DNA from: an uncultured Gammaproteobacteria bacterium
GTDB taxonomy: Bacteria; Pseudomonadota; Gammaproteobacteria; UBA9214
DNA length: 64,000 nucleotides
NCBI GenBank assembly: GCA_963827755.1
Contig: CAWHCQ010000035.1
Span: 32,001-96,000, forward strand
Direction of reading: 5' to 3'
Under the pieces are notes generated by a model that had not been told where the DNA came from, made no database searches, and saw only the letters and a list, made by a program, of their open reading frames with translations. The stretch's first letter is position 1. The number at the start of each line of letters is the position of its first letter. Positions 11,384 through 20,037 of the stretch are shown here, in pieces. The translations under genes and the position numbers were made by a program.

Positions 11384-12019
11384 ATGAAACATGACTATCA
11401 CATTGGAAGGCTGATCGCCTCAATTGCTGCCGGGATGCTGCTTGCAAATGTTGCATATGCACATGATGCCGGCACCACCAATGACAGTTACGTAGGTGAT
11501 TCACAAAAACACTACATCACTCACAGCACCGGCGACTGCGTCCGTACTGGCCACTGGAAGAAAGAGGATCAGACGGTAGACTGCGGTGCAGTACCGGTTG
11601 CCAAGGCACCACCACCGCCACCGCCACCACCACCGCCACCGCCACAGCCGAGCTATGAAACATTTTCGCTCGCTGCTGAAGCACTGTTCGATCATGACAA
11701 GTCAATGCTGAAACCGGCAGGTAAAGCTTCCGTTAGTTCCATGGTCGACAAGATCAAGAGCAGGGGCGTATCGGTCACAAGCATCGATGTTGTTGGCCAC
11801 ACGGACAGCGACGGAACCGAAGAGTACAACCAGGGACTCTCCATCCGACGCGCAACGTCGGTCAGGGACTACATGGTCGGCCTGGGCATCGACCCTCGCC
11901 TCGTCAAGGTCAGCGGCAGGGGCGAATCCAGTCCGGTTGCCAGCAACAAGACGCGTGAAGGTCGTGCACAGAACCGTCGCGTTGACATTCGTGTCGGTGT
12001 GAAGCGCAGATCAAACTAA
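11384..12019 (+). CDS. OmpA/RmpM-family peptidoglycan-binding protein
   Basis: AGGAG RBS before ATG 11384, signal peptide, GDCVRTGHW...DCG motif, 12-proline linker, and OmpA_C domain (GHTDS, LSIRRA, NRRV). Confidence 0.9.
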   Translation: MKHDYHIGRLIASIAAGMLLANVAYAHDAGTTNDSYVGDSQKHYITHSTGDCVRTGHWKKEDQTVDCGAVPVAKAPPPPPPPPPPPPQPSYETFSLAAEALFDHDKSMLKPAGKASVSSMVDKIKSRGVSVTSIDVVGHTDSDGTEEYNQGLSIRRATSVRDYMVGLGIDPRLVKVSGRGESSPVASNKTREGRAQNRRVDIRVGVKRRSN

Positions 12020-12043
12020 AACATCAGTTTAAACTGTAACAAC

Positions 12044-12080
12044 AAACCCATCGCCCGTTTTCGGGTGGTGGGTTTTTTTA
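12044..12080 (+). terminator. Rho-independent terminator after the OmpA-family gene
   Basis: AAACCCATCGCCCG-loop-CGGGTGGTGGGTTT hairpin ending in a T-run. Confidence 0.8.
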
Positions 12081-12102
12081 TGTTACAAATGGAGAATACT
12101 TA

Positions 12103-12924
12103 ATGGATCTTGAGAAATTTCTTAATCCGGAAATGATCACTACCTACCTCGTGCCCTGGGGCATACGCATTGTATCGGCCCTGGCGGTCTTTGTTATTGG
12201 ACGCTGGATCATAAAAATAGTGGTTCGCTTCGCCGAACGCATGATGCAAAAGGCCCACGTAGACAAAATGCTGACGACGTTTACGGGCAACATTTTAAAT
12301 GCCGTCCTGCTGGTTGTGGTAGTCATTGCCGCCCTTGATCAGCTCGGCATACAAACCACCTCGCTGCTTGCCGTGTTTGGCGCCGCCGGCCTGGCCATCG
12401 GACTGGCACTGAAGGATTCACTGGCCAATTTCTCTTCCGGGGTCATGCTGATTGTCTTCCGTCCATTCAAGGTGGGCGACTTTATCGAGGCGGCAGGTAT
12501 TAGTGGTGTGGTGGAAGAGGTACGTATTTTCAGCACGATGCTGCGTACCGGCGATAATCGCGAAATCATTATTCCCAACAGTCAGATATACGATAGCCCG
12601 ATTATCAATGTATCCGCACGCACAACCCGGCGCATCGACATGGTGTTTGGTATCGGCTATGAGGATGACCTGCGCAAGGCAAAACAGTTGATTGAAGCTG
12701 CCTTTGCGGCAGACACACGCATTCTTGATGACCCCGCAGCGGCCGTCAGCGTTGCAGAACTTGCCGACAGCAGCGTCAACATCAATGCCCGGCCCTGGGT
12801 CAAGTCTGAAGACTACTGGGCGGTGCGCTCGGACCTGTTGGAAAACATCAAACTTTCTTTTGACAGCAATGGCATCAGCATTCCCTACCCGCAGCAGGAT
12901 GTACACATGCATAACGCGGCATGA
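12103..12924 (+). CDS. mscS: small-conductance mechanosensitive channel
   Basis: GAAGLAIGLALKDSLANF, RPFKVGDFIE, IPNS, ISIPYPQ. Confidence 0.92.
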   Translation: MDLEKFLNPEMITTYLVPWGIRIVSALAVFVIGRWIIKIVVRFAERMMQKAHVDKMLTTFTGNILNAVLLVVVVIAALDQLGIQTTSLLAVFGAAGLAIGLALKDSLANFSSGVMLIVFRPFKVGDFIEAAGISGVVEEVRIFSTMLRTGDNREIIIPNSQIYDSPIINVSARTTRRIDMVFGIGYEDDLRKAKQLIEAAFAADTRILDDPAAAVSVAELADSSVNINARPWVKSEDYWAVRSDLLENIKLSFDSNGISIPYPQQDVHMHNAA

Positions 12925-13010
12925 AAACTCCGTGCGGGAGCACAGGGTCTCCCGCACAGACATCCCCTCCGCTATACTTTTACCCTGAGCGAAACCAGTG
13001 AAGCCATTGC

Positions 13011-14357
13011 ATGCAAGCCGTTGACACCCTTATTCACAGTCGCTGGATCGCTCCGGTTGAACCGGAGGCCACGCTGTATGAATACCACAGCCTTGCAATC
13101 CGCGAGGGCCGCATCCTGGAAATTCTGCCTGCACAAGAGGCACGCAGCCGTTACCAGGCAGATGTGGAACTCGAGCTGAACGAGCACCTGCTGATCCCGG
13201 GCCTGGTCAATGCCCACACCCATGCAGCCATGTCCCTGTTGCGCGGCCTCGGCGATGACCTGCCCCTGAATGAATGGCTGAATGAGCACATCTGGCCGGC
13301 AGAATCGCACTGGGTCAACGAGGAATTCGTCCACGACGGTACGCAGCTTGCCATGGCGGAAATGCTGCGCAGCGGCACTACCTGCTTTAACGATATGTAT
13401 TTCTATCCCGATGTCGCGGCACGTGCAGCTGCGAATTGCGGCATGCGTGCCTGTATCGGCCTGATCGTGCTGGACTTCCCCAGCGTCTGGGCAAACGACG
13501 CCAACGAATACATCTCGAGAGGACTGGCCGTTCACGACAACTATCGCGCCGACCCCCTGATCAGCACCGTGTTTGCCCCGCATGCACCCTACACCGTTTC
13601 TGACGAACCCCTGCAGCACATCCGCATGCTCGCCGACGAGCTCGACATCGGCATTCATATGCATGTTCATGAAACCGCCAGTGAAATAGACACTGCAGTG
13701 GAATTGACCGGTAAACGTCCACTGGCGCGACTGCAGGAGCTCGGGCTCGTTTCCCCCGGCATGATTGCCGTACATATGACCCGGCTCTCGGCAGACGAGA
13801 TCAAGCTTTATGCCAACGGCGGCGGGCACGTGGTGCACTGTCCCGAGTCCAACATGAAACTGGCAAGCGGGGTTTGCCCTCTGCAGTCACTGCTTGCAGC
13901 AGGAATCAATGTCGCACTCGGCACCGATGGTGCTGCCAGCAATAATGATCTCGATATGCTTGGCGAGATGCGCAGCGCCGCGTTGCTTGGCAAGGTCATA
14001 TGTGATGATGCCAGCGTCCTGCCCGCACACGAGATGCTGCGCATCGCGACCCTCAACGGTGCAAAAGCGCTTGGCCTCGGCGAGGAAACCGGTTCCCTGA
14101 TTCCCGGCAAGTGGGCAGACATAACCGCTGTACGACTGGACACCCTGGAAACCCGTCCCGTATATGACCCGGTCTCGGCGCTAATATACGCCTGCGGAAG
14201 GGAACAGGTGACCGATGTCTGGGTGGCCGGGCAGCACCTGCTCAAGGAGCGGCAGCTGACGACGCTTGACAGCGACAACATTCTCGACAAGACCCATGCA
14301 TGGCAAATGAAAATCGGCAGCCACGCACACCTCGGCAACAGGAGTGGCAAGCAATGA
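13011..14357 (+). CDS. mtaD: TRZ/ATZ-family amidohydrolase (MTA/SAH deaminase-like)
   Basis: PGLVNAHTH, APHAPY, HMHVHET, HCPESNMKLASG, GTDGAASNNDLD. Synteny with mtnA and ubiG. Confidence 0.85.
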   Translation: MQAVDTLIHSRWIAPVEPEATLYEYHSLAIREGRILEILPAQEARSRYQADVELELNEHLLIPGLVNAHTHAAMSLLRGLGDDLPLNEWLNEHIWPAESHWVNEEFVHDGTQLAMAEMLRSGTTCFNDMYFYPDVAARAAANCGMRACIGLIVLDFPSVWANDANEYISRGLAVHDNYRADPLISTVFAPHAPYTVSDEPLQHIRMLADELDIGIHMHVHETASEIDTAVELTGKRPLARLQELGLVSPGMIAVHMTRLSADEIKLYANGGGHVVHCPESNMKLASGVCPLQSLLAAGINVALGTDGAASNNDLDMLGEMRSAALLGKVICDDASVLPAHEMLRIATLNGAKALGLGEETGSLIPGKWADITAVRLDTLETRPVYDPVSALIYACGREQVTDVWVAGQHLLKERQLTTLDSDNILDKTHAWQMKIGSHAHLGNRSGKQ

Positions 14358-15061
14358 CCGGGACCTCGATTAATATCGATCAGAACGAACTCGACAAATT
14401 CGAAAAACTTGCGGGGCGCTGGTGGGACCCGCACAGTGAGTTCAAGCCCCTGCACGATATCAACCCGCTGCGACTCGATTATATCGACCGGCATGCTCCC
14501 CTGCATGGCAAACAGGTTATTGATGTCGGCTGCGGCGGCGGCCTGTTGACCGAGGGCATGGCCGCACGGGGTGCGCTGGTAACCGGCATTGATATGGGCA
14601 AGGCACCCCTGGGTGTTGCCCGGTTGCATCAGCACGAATCCGGGCTGGAAATCGAATACCGGCAAACAACGGTGGAACAGCTGGTCGAAGAACAGGCGGG
14701 AAGCTTTGATATCGTGACCTGCATGGAAATGCTGGAACATGTACCTGACCCGGCGCTGACGATCTCGAGCTGTGCAAAACTGCTCAAGGATGACGGCAGC
14801 CTGTTTCTCTCGACTATAAACAGGAATCCGAAGTCCTACCTGTTCGCGGTCCTCGGCGCAGAATACATTCTCGGACTCCTGCCAAAAGGCACCCATGACT
14901 ACAGCCGTTTTATTCGACCCTCTGAAATGGAATCGTGGACCCGCGAAAACGGTTTGCAGCTGACCGATATGACCGGTCTCGTCTATAATCCGCTGACCCG
15001 GGAATACAGGCTGAACAGTGATGTATCAGTCAACTACATGGCCTGTTTCCGGAAGGCCTGA
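14354..15061 (+). CDS. ubiG: ubiquinone biosynthesis O-methyltransferase
   Basis: WWDPHSEFKPLHDINPLRL, DVGCGGG, EMLEHVPDP, LPKGTHDY. ATGA overlap with the upstream gene. Confidence 0.96.
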   Translation: MTGTSINIDQNELDKFEKLAGRWWDPHSEFKPLHDINPLRLDYIDRHAPLHGKQVIDVGCGGGLLTEGMAARGALVTGIDMGKAPLGVARLHQHESGLEIEYRQTTVEQLVEEQAGSFDIVTCMEMLEHVPDPALTISSCAKLLKDDGSLFLSTINRNPKSYLFAVLGAEYILGLLPKGTHDYSRFIRPSEMESWTRENGLQLTDMTGLVYNPLTREYRLNSDVSVNYMACFRKA

Positions 15062-15067
15062 CTGCTG

Positions 15068-15754
15068 ATGCCGGTTACCCCAGTCCGGACATCCGGTAAA
15101 ATTCGCACAGTGCTGTTCGATCTCGATGGCACCCTGCTCGATACCGCGCCGGACCTCGCGCAGGCCCTGAATGCCGTACTCCTCGAAAATAACAAACCGG
15201 TCCTGCCCTATGAAGCCATCAGGCCGGTCGTCTCACATGGCGGCATCGCACTGATAAAACTGGGCTTTGAACTTGAACCGTCAGATTCCGCCTTCGAGCC
15301 CTTAAGGCAACGCCTGCTGGAAGTCTACCGTGAGAACATCTCCAGCCTGACGCTGCCATTTCCGGGCATCACAGACTTGCTGGAAGCGCTTGACAGTCGC
15401 GGCATCAACTGGGGCGTCGTTACCAACAAACCCGGCTGGCTGACAGACCCGCTGCTGAAAGATCTGGGGCTGTATAACCGCGCCGTGGTCGTGGTCAGCG
15501 GCGACACACTGGATGAACGCAAGCCCCACCCGGCACCCATGCTGCACGCCTGCAACCTGGCCGGCAGCGAACCCGAAAGCTGCGTCTATATTGGAGATGC
15601 AAAACGCGACATAGAAGCCGGGGTCAATGCAGGCATGCACACACTGGTCGCGCTGTTCGGCTACCTGCATGAAAGTGACGACCCGCAGAACTGGCATGCC
15701 GACGACATGATCGAGACCCCGATGGAACTGCTCGCCTGGCTGGACAACAGGTGA
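15068..15754 (+). CDS. HAD phosphatase (Gph/MupP family)
   Basis: FDLDGTLLDT, VTNK, KPHP, IGDAKRD. It sits after ubiG, the position of mupP in Pseudomonas. Confidence 0.88.
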   Translation: MPVTPVRTSGKIRTVLFDLDGTLLDTAPDLAQALNAVLLENNKPVLPYEAIRPVVSHGGIALIKLGFELEPSDSAFEPLRQRLLEVYRENISSLTLPFPGITDLLEALDSRGINWGVVTNKPGWLTDPLLKDLGLYNRAVVVVSGDTLDERKPHPAPMLHACNLAGSEPESCVYIGDAKRDIEAGVNAGMHTLVALFGYLHESDDPQNWHADDMIETPMELLAWLDNR

Positions 15755-15790
15755 ACCAACGTATACACAACAGTGCTATCATCGACAGCC

Positions 15791-17071
15791 ATGTCAACTG
15801 AAGCAGTTACTGCTTATATCCCGCTGCTGTTACTCGCCGCTGCCACCGGTGCACTCATTACCTACATATATTTCAACCCACGCCTGAACCGGGTGCGCGA
15901 CAGGTGCACACAACTGGCCACGGCGCTGGAATTCGAGCACAAGGCCGCCGCCGACCGGCAGGCCGTATACCGGCAGCTTGATCAGCAGTTCAAGGACACC
16001 TTCAACGCCATGGCGGCGGATGCGCTCAGGAACAACAATACCCAGTTCCTGCGCCTGGCGAAGGAAAATCTTGAAAAGCTGCAAATAAAATCCGCCGGCG
16101 AACTGGAAAAACGCGAAAAGGCCGTCGAGAATCTTGTCAGGCCGATACGCGATGCCCTGGAAAAAACGGAGTCGCAGGTGCGCAGGATGGAGGCCGATCG
16201 CCAGCTGGCACATGGCGCATTGACCAAACACCTGGAAACCATCGCCGAATCGCATCGTACCCTGCAAGGCGAAACACGTAACCTGGTGCAGGCGCTCAGG
16301 CGTCCGGAAGTTCGCGGACAATGGGGAGAACTGACCCTGAAGCGCCTCGCGGAACTCGCCGGCATGGTCGAGCATTGCGACTTTTTCGAGCAGGAATCCG
16401 TTGCCTGTGACCAGGGAATGCAGCGACCGGACATGGTCGTGCGCATGCCGGGCAAGCGGGATATTATCGTCGACGCCAAGACCCCGCTGGATTCCTACCT
16501 GTCGGCCATTGAAGCCGGCAATGAGGCAGACCGGGTCAAACACCTTGAAAACCACGCGCGCAATGTACGCGCCCGCGTCAGGGAATTATCCAACAAGCGC
16601 TACTGGCAACAGTTCAGCGACAGCCCGGATTTTGTCGTGCTGTTCATCCCCGGCGACCAGTTCCTCGGCGCCGCCCTTGATACTGATCGCACACTGATCG
16701 AGGACGCCCTCTCGGGGCATGTCATTCTCGCCACGCCGACCAGCCTTGTCGCCCTGTTGCGCGCCGTTGCCTATGGCTGGCGCCAGGAGACGCTGGCCGA
16801 GAATGCCGAGGCCATCCGCGAGGTGGGCCAGGAAATGTTTGCCCGCCTGACAAAATTCGCCTCGCACCTCACGAAACTGGGACGCAGCCTGGACAACAGC
16901 GTCGAGGCCTACAACAGGGCTGTCGGTTCCTACGACACGCGCATCCTGCCGGGGGCGCGGAAATTCACGGAAATGGGCGTGACTGCAAAGGAAGCCCCCG
17001 CGGGACCGGATCAAATAGAACGCGCAACCCGCAACATCGAGTCCTGCGAGGAAACCGGTAACAGGCACTAG
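15791..17071 (+). CDS. rmuC: DNA recombination protein RmuC
   Basis: N-terminal TM and coiled coil, RGQWGE, RPDMVV, VDAKTPL, PDFVVLFIP, ATPTSLVALL. Confidence 0.92.
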   Translation: MSTEAVTAYIPLLLLAAATGALITYIYFNPRLNRVRDRCTQLATALEFEHKAAADRQAVYRQLDQQFKDTFNAMAADALRNNNTQFLRLAKENLEKLQIKSAGELEKREKAVENLVRPIRDALEKTESQVRRMEADRQLAHGALTKHLETIAESHRTLQGETRNLVQALRRPEVRGQWGELTLKRLAELAGMVEHCDFFEQESVACDQGMQRPDMVVRMPGKRDIIVDAKTPLDSYLSAIEAGNEADRVKHLENHARNVRARVRELSNKRYWQQFSDSPDFVVLFIPGDQFLGAALDTDRTLIEDALSGHVILATPTSLVALLRAVAYGWRQETLAENAEAIREVGQEMFARLTKFASHLTKLGRSLDNSVEAYNRAVGSYDTRILPGARKFTEMGVTAKEAPAGPDQIERATRNIESCEETGNRH

Positions 17072-17116
17072 CGGCCACCCGCCATCCCCTTTTTTTCAGC
17101 GTATCCTGACCAAAAT

Positions 17117-17135
17117 AATGTAAATTTGTTACATT
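17117..17135. promoter_or_regulatory. palindromic operator-like site AATGTAA-N5-TTACATT
   Basis: Perfect 7-bp inverted repeat just upstream of the GGA-rich candidate sRNA. The half-sites resemble the GacA box, but the spacing is shorter. Confidence 0.4.
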
Positions 17136-17164
17136 TTCCGTGTGTACTCATAGACAGTTTTTTC

Positions 17165-17353
17165 ACTCTGCCCGGCAGGACAATATTAGTTCCAGGGAGG
17201 TAGATTGCGGCAGGGAAGCCACCCCCGGTTTCCCTGTCGGCAAGGATGTAACAGTCTTCCTGGTTTCCTTGTCGTTACACGGACCGTAACGTTACTTTCT
17301 CAGGGACGCGATGTTTGTACCCCCTTTCTGCCCACTCCGGTGGGCATTTTTTT
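17165..17353 (+). ncRNA. candidate CsrB/RsmY/RsmZ-type CsrA-sequestering sRNA
   Basis: Six A(N)GGA motifs, two of them in hairpin loops (GGC-AGGGAA-GCC, GTTAC-ACGGACC-GTAAC), followed by an intrinsic terminator. The 5' end is estimated. Confidence 0.55.
17329..17353 (+). terminator. Rho-independent terminator
   Basis: TGCCCAC-TCCG-GTGGGCA followed by T7. Confidence 0.85.
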
Positions 17354-17428
17354 GTCTCATCCCGCAGCTGCCTGCACACATCGCGCTGTTCCACCCGATC
17401 TCTCCTGCCGGTATAATCTGCACCAGCG

Positions 17429-18190
17429 ATGAGCACAGCAACAACAATTCCCCCGGGCTGGACCGCCACCCCCGGCTTGTTAAAAGACCGGGCAATACTG
17501 GTTACCGGTGCCGCCAACGGCATTGGCCGTGCACTGGGTACAGCCCTTGCCGCACACGGTGCAGCGACCATTCTGCTGGACAAGGATGTCCATGGCCTCG
17601 AACAGGCCTACGATGAAATAGTTGCCGCCGGCCACCCGGAACCCGCCCTTTACCCGCTTGATCTCAAGGGTGCCTTGCCCGGCGACTACGCCGATCTCGC
17701 CGCAATCCTGGAAAGAGAATACCAGGGCCTGGATGGACTGGTTCACAATGCCGCCCAGCTGGGTGCACTGGTACCGCTTGCCAATTTTGATGACGAGATG
17801 TGGTTCGAGACACTGCAGGTCAACCTCAATGCCCCCTACCTGCTGACCCTGGCCTGCCTCGAGCTGATGAACAGGCGCGCAGATGCATCAATCATATTCA
17901 GCTCCGATGCCAGCGGACGCCACGGCAAGGCCTACTGGGGTGCCTACGGGGTCTCCAAGGCGGGGCTCGAGGGACTCATGCAGATACTCGCCGATGAGCT
18001 GGAAACCAATTCCCCGGTGCGTGTCAACAGCATCGATCCGGGACCGGTGCGCACGGCAATGAGAAGCCTGGCCTACCCGGGAGAGGATGCGGCTGCGCTG
18101 AATGCACCGAAAGATGTTGTTGACCCGTTTCTCTACCTGCTGGGGCCTGATAGCCGGGGAATCAGCGGGCGGCAATATACGGTTACATAA
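17429..18190 (+). CDS. yciK: YciK-family short-chain dehydrogenase
   Basis: TGAANGIG, HNAA, YWGAYGVSK, NSIDPGPVRTAMR. TATAAT at 17412-17417. Confidence 0.87.
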   Translation: MSTATTIPPGWTATPGLLKDRAILVTGAANGIGRALGTALAAHGAATILLDKDVHGLEQAYDEIVAAGHPEPALYPLDLKGALPGDYADLAAILEREYQGLDGLVHNAAQLGALVPLANFDDEMWFETLQVNLNAPYLLTLACLELMNRRADASIIFSSDASGRHGKAYWGAYGVSKAGLEGLMQILADELETNSPVRVNSIDPGPVRTAMRSLAYPGEDAAALNAPKDVVDPFLYLLGPDSRGISGRQYTVT

Positions 18191-18220
18191 ATATACCCTC
18201 TGGTGCTTTCTCCTCCTTCT

Positions 18221-18830
18221 GTTGATGCGCCTTGCAGGCGGGTTTTATTTGGATGCGGGCTCTCGCGCCCGCCGGCGAGGTACTTTTCTTTGCTCCGCCA
18301 AAGAAAACGTATCCAAAAGAAAGGCGACCCGGAGGTGCAGCCCGAATACTCATTTTCAATGAGTATTCGGGTTCCCTGCGCTTCTCGCGAAAACCGGCGC
18401 ATGCGCAACTCGCAATCTCGCTGCGCTCGAAAGCTCAAACAGGGCGCATGCTTCATCCGGTTTTCACTGCGATGCTCGGCTGCGCCTACGGGAGGGGTAG
18501 ATCAACCCCCATACTCGGCGAGTATGGGGGTTTGATCTACCCCTCCCGTAGCACTCACCGAGTACCGCAGCCAATCCGGGGAATAGCCGCGCACCCTGTC
18601 TGAGCTTTCGAGCGCAGCGAGATTGCGAGTTGTGCGCGGCCCCCGGATTGGCGAGGAACGCAGGGGACCGGATTAGGCAAGACAGCGTTGCTGTCTTGCC
18701 TAATACGGTGAGTGCTCCGGGTGCCCTTCTCTTTGGGTACTTTCTCTTGGGCAAGCAAGAGAAAGTACCTCGCCGCGCGGGCGCGAAAGCCCGCATCCAA
18801 ATAAAACCAGCGCCTGCAAGGCGCCCCAAC
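18221..18830. repeat. 610-bp imperfect palindrome made of two inverted, diverged copies of a structured element of about 300 bp
   Basis: Centre at 18518. The arms share GCGCCTTGCAGGCG..GGTTTTATTTGGATGCGGGC, an identical 31-mer and near-identical inner ends. Internal helices covary between copies. Confidence 0.9.
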
Positions 18831-18869
18831 AAAATAGCTACATTTGCAAAATCAAAGAACCGAAATCAG

Positions 18870-19996
18870 CTACTCCATAAGATTGACATGGATCCCCTGC
18901 GCCTCGAGCGCATCTGCACGCGCCGCGATGAAACGCTGGAAACTCGGCTGTTCGCGGTAGGCGGCGGAGGCCACATAATCCATGGCGGACTGCACGTGAA
19001 AGGCCTTCAGGTAGCCCTCTGTTCTGAATACTTCCCTGCCCTGCGCGTCGAAAAAAACCGCCGACGGGGCATACTGGATATTCAACTGCTTCGCCCATTG
19101 CTGCGCACTCGTTGTCCTGCCATCCATGCCTGTCAGCGGGTCCTGTGACCACATATCCAGCAACAGCACATCAAAACGCGCCAGTTGTTCACGACTCTCC
19201 GGACGCTTCAGGATATCGAGGTGCAATTCGTCGCAGGGGGCACACTCCTTTTGCTCGAACAGCACCAGCAGCGGCTTGCCACTCGCAAGCGCCTGCAGGG
19301 AGGTGCCCGGCGGCAGGTGCGCGGGATCCCGGTGCAGCACACCGCTGGCGGGCTGCGGTGCCTTTGCCGCAAGGTATTCGCGAAAGTCAGGATCATGCCC
19401 GTTATACAGGGCCGCATACTCCAGTGCCGCATCGAACCTGTGGGGCGGGTAATATCCATTCGCACGCAACACCACATTACCCTGTTCTTCAAGAAACAGC
19501 AGTGTCGGAGTGAACATGACCCGCAGCGACGCTGCAAATTTTTTCTCGGTCGTCAACTCGCCATCAAATCCGGTCACTTCACGATCGCCCCAGATATTGA
19601 TCGCCACGACCTCGAAATGCTCGCGGGTCATGGTCTCGGTCGCCTTTAGAGAGAAGTTCGTGTCCAGCAGCTTCTTGCAATAGGGACAACCGTCCTGGTA
19701 GAAATACAGCAGCACGCGTTTCCCGGCCGTGGCAGCCTCTGCAACATCTTCGCGTATATCCAGGAATGAATTGGCAAACCAGTCGGGTTTCTCGGCATAA
19801 CCCGGGTTTACCATCCCCTCGGCCAGTACCTCCGCAGAGAGATCTGCCGTTGCAGTCGATCATCCCGGGCTGTTGACGCTGCACATGCTCCGGCCACGGC
19901 AGACGGGCCGGCGTCGGGCTGCGAATCACAGGCGGCAATCAATACCAGCTGCAGCAGCAGGAATACAAGCGGCGCGGGTCTTCCGGTGATAAACAT
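18870..19996 (-). CDS. SoxW-like tandem thioredoxin-fold protein with lipoprotein-type signal (frameshift near 19830-19900)
   Basis: WF..SFLDIRED, CPYC, FTPT, and a second domain with CAPC. The upstream part (19808-19996) has a hydrophobic LIAAC lipobox in another frame. Confidence 0.78.
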
Positions 19997-20037
19997 GAAG
20001 AACACCTCTTCAGGTCGGCAGGCTGATAGCGGTAAGC

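Noticed and set aside
18102-19148. Several ORFs of 80-170 aa on both strands across the palindrome
   Set aside because: They are mirror translations of the repeat with no protein-like composition, and conservation follows base pairing rather than codons.
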